A stretch of DNA of 64,000 nucleotides, taken from assembly GCA_031459625.1 (NCBI GenBank), contig JAVKIH010000004.1, forward strand, positions 10,588 through 74,587. The letters are read 5' to 3'. A program made the translations under genes and the position numbers. Position 1 is the first letter of the stretch. The number at the start of each line of letters is the position of its first letter. The stretch is from Candidatus Geohabitans tengchongensis. Lineage in GTDB: Bacteria > Sysuimicrobiota > Sysuimicrobiia > Sysuimicrobiales > Humicultoraceae. Shown here piece by piece: positions 58,307 to 64,000 of the stretch. The notes under the pieces are model-generated. The model searched no databases and was not told the DNA's origin. It worked only from the letters and a program-made list of their open reading frames with translations.

Positions 58307-59499
58307 GGCCGGTGTCGGGGTCGGCGGAAAGGGGCAGCGCGGCCATACCGCTGTCTCGGGCCGCCGGTGCCGCGCCGAGCGCGGCGGACGTGGCAGCGCC
58401 GCAGGAGCGGTACCTGCGTTGGCAGCAAGCCGTGGCGGCCGCGGCCACCGTCCCGGTCGGCCTGACGCCGCGCGAGCTCGTCTGGAGCCGGGACCGGGTG
58501 CGGCTCTACCGCTACCACGGCGCCGCCCCCCCGACCTACCCGGTGCCGCTCCTCCTCGTCTACGCCCTGGTGAACAAGCCCTACATCTTCGACCTGCTGC
58601 CGGGGCGCAGCTTCGTGGAGTTCATGCTCGGGGAAGGGTTCGACGTCTACCTGCTGGACTGGGGGAGCCCGGGCCTGGAGGACCGATGCCTGGGCCTCGA
58701 CGACTACGCCCTCGACTACCTCCCGCGCGCGCTCGAGGAGGTGCGGCGACGGGCGGGAGGGGAACGGGTAAGCGTGCTGGGCTATTGCATCGGCGGGACG
58801 CTGGTGACGCTCTATGCCGGCGCGGTCCCCACGGCGCCCATCCGCAACCTGATCCTGCTCAGCGCCCCGCTCGACTTCACCGACCGGAGGGCCAGCCTGT
58901 TCGCGCGCTGGTTCGACGAGCGCTACGTCGATGTGGACCGGCTCGTGGAAACGCTGGGCAACGTGCCGGCGGAGCTCATCGAGGTGTGGGCCCAGATGCT
59001 GCGCCCGGTGGAGAACTACATCGGCGTCTACCTGAACCTGTGGGAGCGGTTGGACGACCCCGCGGCGGTGGAATCCTGGCAGGCGATGCACCGTTGGGTG
59101 CACGACGGCGTGCCGTTCGCCGGGACGGCCTTCCGCCAGTGGGTGGTCGACCACGTCCGCGGGAACCGCCTGGTCCAGGGGACCTGCACGCTGCGGGGAC
59201 GCCCCGTCCGATTGGAGCAGATCCGGATGCCGGTGCTCCTCGTCGTGGCCGAGCAGGACCACATCGTGCCGATGCGCCAGACTACCGGCATCGTGGACCG
59301 GCTCGGCAGCCGGGACCGGCGCGTGGAGGTGATGCCCGGCGGGCACGTCGGGCTGATGAGCGGCCGTCAGGCCAGGCGCGAGGTGTGGCCGAAGATCGCC
59401 GCCTGGTTGCGGGCGCGCTCGGGCAGGCCCCGGCGCCTGGCCGGGCGAGGGGGGGGACGGTGCAGATGGGGGGAGCGGTCGCCGGTCGGAGCGCGGTAG
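58303..59499 (+). CDS. phaC: PHA synthase catalytic subunit, class III/IV size (copy 2)
   Basis: VGLTPRE, PLLLVYALVNKPYIFDL, GYCIGG, QDHIVP and GGHVG. Confidence 0.93.
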   Translation: MRPVSGSAERGSAAIPLSRAAGAAPSAADVAAPQERYLRWQQAVAAAATVPVGLTPRELVWSRDRVRLYRYHGAAPPTYPVPLLLVYALVNKPYIFDLLPGRSFVEFMLGEGFDVYLLDWGSPGLEDRCLGLDDYALDYLPRALEEVRRRAGGERVSVLGYCIGGTLVTLYAGAVPTAPIRNLILLSAPLDFTDRRASLFARWFDERYVDVDRLVETLGNVPAELIEVWAQMLRPVENYIGVYLNLWERLDDPAAVESWQAMHRWVHDGVPFAGTAFRQWVVDHVRGNRLVQGTCTLRGRPVRLEQIRMPVLLVVAEQDHIVPMRQTTGIVDRLGSRDRRVEVMPGGHVGLMSGRQARREVWPKIAAWLRARSGRPRRLAGRGGGRCRWGERSPVGAR

Positions 59500-60251
59500 T
59501 CACCGGGGCGGGCGCGGGCATCGGGCGGGCCATCGCCCGCCTGCTGGCCCGCGAGGGAGCGCGCGTGGGGGTGGTGGACCTGGAGGCGTCGACCGGCGAG
59601 GACGCCGCCCGGGAGATCCGCGACCAGGGGGGAGCGGCGGTGGCCCTGGTCGCCGACGTCGCCCAGGCGTCCGCCGTCCGTGCCATGATCGCCAAGGCGG
59701 CGGAGGCACTGGGAGGCGTGGACATCCTGGTGAACAACGCCGGCCTCCAGCACGTCGCCCCCGTCGTCGACTTCCCCGAGGAGCGCTGGGACCGGCTGGT
59801 GGGCGTCCTCCTCACCGGCACCTTCCTCTGCACGAAGTACGCCCTGCCGCACATGATCGCCCGGCGCTGGGGGCGCGTGGTGAACATCGCCTCGGCGCAC
59901 GGGCTGGTGGCCTCGCCGTTCAAGTGCGCGTACGTGGCCGCCAAGCACGGGGTCGTGGGGTTCACCAAGGTGGCGGCCTGGGAGGTGGCGGAGCACGGGA
60001 TCACCGTGAACGCCGTCTGCCCGGGGTACGTGCGCACGGCCCTGGTGGAGCGCCAGATCGCCGATCAGGCCCGCGCGCACGGCATCCCCGAGGCCGAGGT
60101 GGTCGAGCGGATCATGCTGCAGCCGGCGGCCATCAAGCGGCTGCTGGAGCCCGAGGAGGTGGCCGCGCTCGTCCTCTACCTGTGCTCGGACGCCGCGGCC
60201 GGCATCACGGGCGCGGCGTTGCCCATCGACCAGGGCTGGACGGCCCGGTAG
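59466..60251 (+). CDS. bdhA: D-3-hydroxybutyrate dehydrogenase
   Basis: NNAGLQHV, SAHGLVASPFK, YVAAKHG, CPGYVRT and DQGWTA are characteristic of BDH. Confidence 0.92.
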   Translation: MGGAVAGRSAVVTGAGAGIGRAIARLLAREGARVGVVDLEASTGEDAAREIRDQGGAAVALVADVAQASAVRAMIAKAAEALGGVDILVNNAGLQHVAPVVDFPEERWDRLVGVLLTGTFLCTKYALPHMIARRWGRVVNIASAHGLVASPFKCAYVAAKHGVVGFTKVAAWEVAEHGITVNAVCPGYVRTALVERQIADQARAHGIPEAEVVERIMLQPAAIKRLLEPEEVAALVLYLCSDAAAGITGAALPIDQGWTAR

Positions 60252-60258
60252 CCGGGAC

Positions 60259-60687
60259 GTGAGCGGCGGGGGACCGTCGGCGGACCGCTTCACTCCCGGG
60301 CAGCGGGCCACCCTGACGCGGACCATCACCGAGGAGGATATCCAGGCCTTCGCCGCCCTCACCGGGGACCGCAACCCCCTGCACCTGGACGAGGCCTTTG
60401 CCCGGCGCACCCGCTTCCAGGGCCGCATCGCCCACGGCCTGCTCACGGCCAGCCTGATCTCGGCGGTGCTGGGCACGCAGCTGCCCGGCGCGGGCGGCAT
60501 CTACCTGGGACAGACCCTGCGCTTCCGGCGGCCCGTGCGCCCGGGGGACACCGTCACCGCCGAGGTGGAGGTCGCCGCCTTCGACGCGCGCTCCCGGCGG
60601 CTGTCGCTGCGGACGCGCTGCGTGAACCAGCGCGGCGAGACCGTGCTGGAGGGTGACGCGGAGCTGCTGGTCGAGGAGGGAGGGTAA
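60259..60687 (+). CDS. phaJ: MaoC-family (R)-specific enoyl-CoA hydratase
   Basis: FAALTGDRNPLHLD...IAHG hydratase-2 motif; PHA context. Confidence 0.85.
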   Translation: MSGGGPSADRFTPGQRATLTRTITEEDIQAFAALTGDRNPLHLDEAFARRTRFQGRIAHGLLTASLISAVLGTQLPGAGGIYLGQTLRFRRPVRPGDTVTAEVEVAAFDARSRRLSLRTRCVNQRGETVLEGDAELLVEEGG

Positions 60688-60798
60688 GGCGCGGGGACCG
60701 CCGCAGGGCGTCGGGCGGCGATGGCTCGATGCCGCGCGAGCGGGCAGGCCGGTCCAGGCTTCCGGCTGGCACGGCTACCAGGCCTCCGGCCGGCGCGG

Positions 60799-61608
60799 CT
60801 ACCGCGCGCCCGTCACCTTCCGCCAGAGCCAGAGGAGGGGGTCGTAGCGCTCGTCGACCACGCGCTCCTTGATCGGGATGATGGCGTTGTCGGTGATGTG
60901 GATGTCCTCGGGGCAGACCTCCGTGCAGCACTTGGTGATGTTGCAGAAGCCCACCCCGGCCCGGTCCCGGGCGAAGCGGGCCAGCTCCTCGCGCGGGTTG
61001 GTGTCGAGGGGGTGCATGTCCAGGGCCGCCAGGCGGACGAAGAAGCGCGGCCCGGCGAAGTGGCGCAGGTTCTCCTGGTGGTCGCGGATGACGTGGCAGA
61101 CGTTCTGGCACAGCCAGCACTCGATGCACTTGTGGAACTCCTGGATGCGGCTGACTTCCGCCTGCGTCATCCGGTAGCGCCCGTCCGGCCCCTTCGGCCC
61201 GGGCCGGAAGACCGGCATGGTCTTCGCCACCTCGTAGTTGAAGGAGACGTCGGGCACCAGGTCCTTGATGACGGGGAAGGTCTTCATGGGCGCCACCACG
61301 ACCGGCCGGTTGGGCGGCAGGCTGCTGAGGCGCGTCATGCAGGTGAGGCGGGGACGGCCGTTCACCTCGGCGCTGCAGGAGCCGCACCGGCCGGCCTTGC
61401 AGTTCCACCGGACGGCCAGGTCGGGGGCCTGGGTGGCCTGCAACCGGTGCAGGGCGTCCAGGACGACGGCGTTCTCGTCGACCTCCACGGTGTAGTCGCG
61501 GAACTCGCCGCCCGCCGCCGTCCCGCGCCACACCCGCAGGTGCACCGTGCGCGTCCGTCCCCCCGGCGCAGCAGCGACTGCGTCCGTCTTCACCTCGGTC
61601 AGCGCCAT
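60799..61608 (-). CDS. sdhB: Succinate dehydrogenase/fumarate reductase iron-sulfur subunit
   Basis: NCKAGRCGSC, CIECWLCQNVC and CNITKCCTEVCP cysteine motifs. Confidence 0.95.
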   Translation of the reverse strand: MALTEVKTDAVAAAPGGRTRTVHLRVWRGTAAGGEFRDYTVEVDENAVVLDALHRLQATQAPDLAVRWNCKAGRCGSCSAEVNGRPRLTCMTRLSSLPPNRPVVVAPMKTFPVIKDLVPDVSFNYEVAKTMPVFRPGPKGPDGRYRMTQAEVSRIQEFHKCIECWLCQNVCHVIRDHQENLRHFAGPRFFVRLAALDMHPLDTNPREELARFARDRAGVGFCNITKCCTEVCPEDIHITDNAIIPIKERVVDERYDPLLWLWRKVTGAR

Positions 61609-61648
61609 CGGCTCCGCTCCTCGGCGTCCGGTGTCCTCGCCGGCGCCG

Positions 61649-63445
61649 TCAGCCCCGCTCCTCCAGAATGGCCCGCAGCTCGTCCGGCAGCGGCGGCAGC
61701 GGCACCCGCTCCAGCTCGAGCCGGCCGTTGCGCAGTCGGACCACCACGTTCACCTTGCCCCACTCCGGGTCGGCCTGCGGGTAGTCCAGGCGGGAGTGCC
61801 CGCCCCGGCTCTCCCGCCGTTCCAGCGCGGCCAGCGTGACCGCCTCCGCCGTGCGCAGCATCGCCCGCAGGTCGAGGGCCAGGTGCCAGGCGGGGTTGAA
61901 CTCCCGGCCGCCCTCCACGCGCACGCGCTGCAGCCGCTCGCCCAGCACGGCGATGCGGTCGAGGGCCTGGCGCAGCTCATCCCCGGTGCGGAAGATCCCC
62001 ACCAGCTCCTGCATCGTCTCCTGCAACTCGGCCTGCAGGGCGTAGGGGTTCTCGCCCCCCGGCCCCTCGAAGGGGCGGAGCAGGTCGCGCGCCGCCTCGG
62101 CTACCTGGTCGAGGGCCACCTGGGGGTGGTTGCGCAGCGCCTGCACGTACTGCGCCGCGTAGAGGCCGGCGCGCCGCCCGAAGACCAGCAGGTCGGAGAG
62201 CGAGTTGCCGCCCAGCCGGTTCGCCCCGTGCAGGCCGCCGGCGATCTCCCCGGCGGCAAAGAGCCCGGGGAGGGTGGAGGCGGCGCTGTCGGCGTCCACG
62301 CGCACGCCGCCCATGGCGTAGTGGCAGGTGGGGTAGACCTCCATGGGCTCGCGGGTGATGTCCACGCCGGCGAGCTCCTTGAACTGGTGGTACATGGAGG
62401 GGAGCCGCGCCTTGATGTACTCGGCGGGCCGGCGGGAGGCGATGTCCAGGTAGACCCCGCCGTGCGGGCTGCCCCGGCCGGCCTTCACCTCATAGTAGAT
62501 GGCCCGGGTGACTTCGTCGCGCGGCAGCAGCTCCGGCGGGCGGCGGTTGTGCTTTTTGTCGGTGTACCAGCGGTCCGCCTCCTCCTCGGTCTCGGCGGTC
62601 TCGGCCCGGAAGAACTCGGGGATGTAGTCGAACATGAAGCGCCGCCCCTCGCGGTTGCGCAGCACGCCGCCGTCCCCCCGCACGCCCTCCGTGACCAGGA
62701 TGCCGCGGGCGCTCGGCGGCCAGACCATCCCCGTGGGGTGGAACTGCACGAACTCCATGTCGATGAGGTCGGCCCCGGCCTCCAGCGCCAGCAGCACCCC
62801 GTCCCCGGTCGACTCCCAGGACATCGACGTGTACTTCCACACCTTCCCGAAGCCGCCGGTGGCCAAGATGACCGCCGGCGCGCGGAAGAGCACGAAGCCG
62901 CCGTCGCCCCGCCGGTAGCCGAAGGCGCCGGCCACGCGGCCGGCGTCGGTGAGGAGGCGCTGGACCGTCACCTCCATGAAGACGTCCACGCCCAGGTGCA
63001 CGGCGCGGAACTGCAGGGTGCGGATCATCTCCAGGCCGGTGCGGTCGCCCACGTGGGCCAGCCGGGCGTAGCGGTGGCCGCCGAAGTCGCGCTGCAAGAT
63101 CAGCCCGTCGGGGGTGCGGTCGAAGGCCGCGCCCCACTCCTCCAGCTCCAGGACCCGCTCCGGGGCCTCCTGGGCGAAGAGCTGGACCATGCGCCAGTTG
63201 TTCAGCAGCTTGCCGCCGCGCATGGTGTCGCGGAAGTGCACCCGCCAGTTGTCCTCGGGCCAGACGTTGCCCAGCGCGGCGGCGATGCCGCCTTCCGCCA
63301 TCACGGTGTGCGCCTTGCCCAGCAGCGACTTGCAGACGAGCGCCGTGCGCAGCCCGGCCTGGCGGGCCTCGATGGCCGCCCGCAGCCCGGCCCCGCCGGC
63401 GCCGATCACCACCACGTCGTAGTCGTGGGTCGCGTAGGGCTCCAT
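61649..63445 (-). CDS. sdhA: Succinate dehydrogenase/fumarate reductase flavoprotein
   Basis: GAGGAG, KAHTVMAEGG, QFHPTG, HYAMGG, HGANRLGGNSL and ESRGGH motifs. Confidence 0.96.
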   Translation of the reverse strand: MEPYATHDYDVVVIGAGGAGLRAAIEARQAGLRTALVCKSLLGKAHTVMAEGGIAAALGNVWPEDNWRVHFRDTMRGGKLLNNWRMVQLFAQEAPERVLELEEWGAAFDRTPDGLILQRDFGGHRYARLAHVGDRTGLEMIRTLQFRAVHLGVDVFMEVTVQRLLTDAGRVAGAFGYRRGDGGFVLFRAPAVILATGGFGKVWKYTSMSWESTGDGVLLALEAGADLIDMEFVQFHPTGMVWPPSARGILVTEGVRGDGGVLRNREGRRFMFDYIPEFFRAETAETEEEADRWYTDKKHNRRPPELLPRDEVTRAIYYEVKAGRGSPHGGVYLDIASRRPAEYIKARLPSMYHQFKELAGVDITREPMEVYPTCHYAMGGVRVDADSAASTLPGLFAAGEIAGGLHGANRLGGNSLSDLLVFGRRAGLYAAQYVQALRNHPQVALDQVAEAARDLLRPFEGPGGENPYALQAELQETMQELVGIFRTGDELRQALDRIAVLGERLQRVRVEGGREFNPAWHLALDLRAMLRTAEAVTLAALERRESRGGHSRLDYPQADPEWGKVNVVVRLRNGRLELERVPLPPLPDELRAILEERG

Positions 63446-63452
63446 GGCCGGC

Positions 63453-64000
63453 TCAGAAGAGGCGCAGGTCGCGCACGGCCCCCGTGGCCAGCAGGTAGAC
63501 GTAGAGGTCGGCCAGGGCCACGGCCACCAGGCTCACCCAGGCGATGGGGCCGTGGTGGGCGTTGAGCGCGCTCACCCACCGCCACAGCCGGTAGCGGACC
63601 GGCGCCCGGGAGAAGGCGTCGACGTGCCCGCCCACCAGGTGGCGGCAGGAGTGGCAGGAGAGGCTGTACAGCGTCAGCAGGGCGGTGCTGCCGAGCAGCA
63701 CCACCGTCCCCACGCCCATCCCGAGCCCGTCGGGGAAGCGGAAAGCCTTCAGCACGTCCCACCACAGGAAGACCAGGAAGAGCAGCGAGAGGTAGAAGAA
63801 GTAGCGGTGCACGTTTTGCAGCACCCAGGGGAAGCGCGTCTCGCCGGTATAGACGCGCGGCAGGTCGCGGACGGCGCAGGCCGGCGGCTGCCAGAAGAAC
63901 GCCCGGTAGTAGGCCTTGCGGTAGTAGTAGCAGGTGGTGCGGAAGCCGAGCGGCCCCCAGAGGATGAGGATGGCCGGGGAGAAGGGCCACCACGCCCCGA
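63453..64000 (-). CDS. Succinate dehydrogenase membrane anchor, mycobacterial Sdh1-like (5' end outside the window)
   Basis: Frame extends beyond the ORF-track start: PLGFRTTCYYYRKAYYRAFFWQPPACAV...QNVHRYF...SCHSCRHLVGG. Confidence 0.85.
   Translation of the reverse strand, partial: GAWWPFSPAILILWGPLGFRTTCYYYRKAYYRAFFWQPPACAVRDLPRVYTGETRFPWVLQNVHRYFFYLSLLFLVFLWWDVLKAFRFPDGLGMGVGTVVLLGSTALLTLYSLSCHSCRHLVGGHVDAFSRAPVRYRLWRWVSALNAHHGPIAWVSLVAVALADLYVYLLATGAVRDLRLF

Overview
GC-rich bacterial chromosomal window with no integrase, transposase, CRISPR array or rRNA visible. The gene style suggests a diderm Terrabacteria lineage (Armatimonadota/Chloroflexota-like), which is inference only. In order it holds: a partial NUDIX gene; a BMP-family (nucleoside-type) ABC operon behind a strongly structured leader; tRNA-Leu(CAG); a DUF1998 helicase, an MFS transporter, a DinB protein and rsmI; a DUF2007-DapA-family fusion, a PRTase, msrA and an MBL hydrolase; a broken trypsin-like/secreted-protein pair; a Met-specific T-box riboswitch ahead of a split MetE pair, a GNAT and metG; a frameshifted epimerase, tatD, an M48 protease, comB and a bactofilin-like membrane protein; tRNA-Arg(CCG); an IclR-controlled sugar-acid catabolic cluster; several hydrolases and pduO; an ArsR/HTH_17/MFS unit; a 16-kb same-strand polyhydroxyalkanoate (PHA) locus; and a mycobacterial Sdh1-like succinate dehydrogenase operon running off the end. 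The best candidates for an undescribed system are (1) the PHA locus, which has no phaA/phaB in the window but carries two PhaC enzymes, two small PhaE/PhaR-like partners, a Cys-to-Ser KAS III-like enzyme, a CoA ligase, two hydrolases, an ABC importer, BdhA, PhaJ and a SARP-type activator with a candidate binding site; (2) the T-box-controlled split MetE/metG operon; and (3) the ABC-plus-kinase lactonase/creatininase-family/aldolase cluster. All family calls come from motif recognition by eye; no searches were run.
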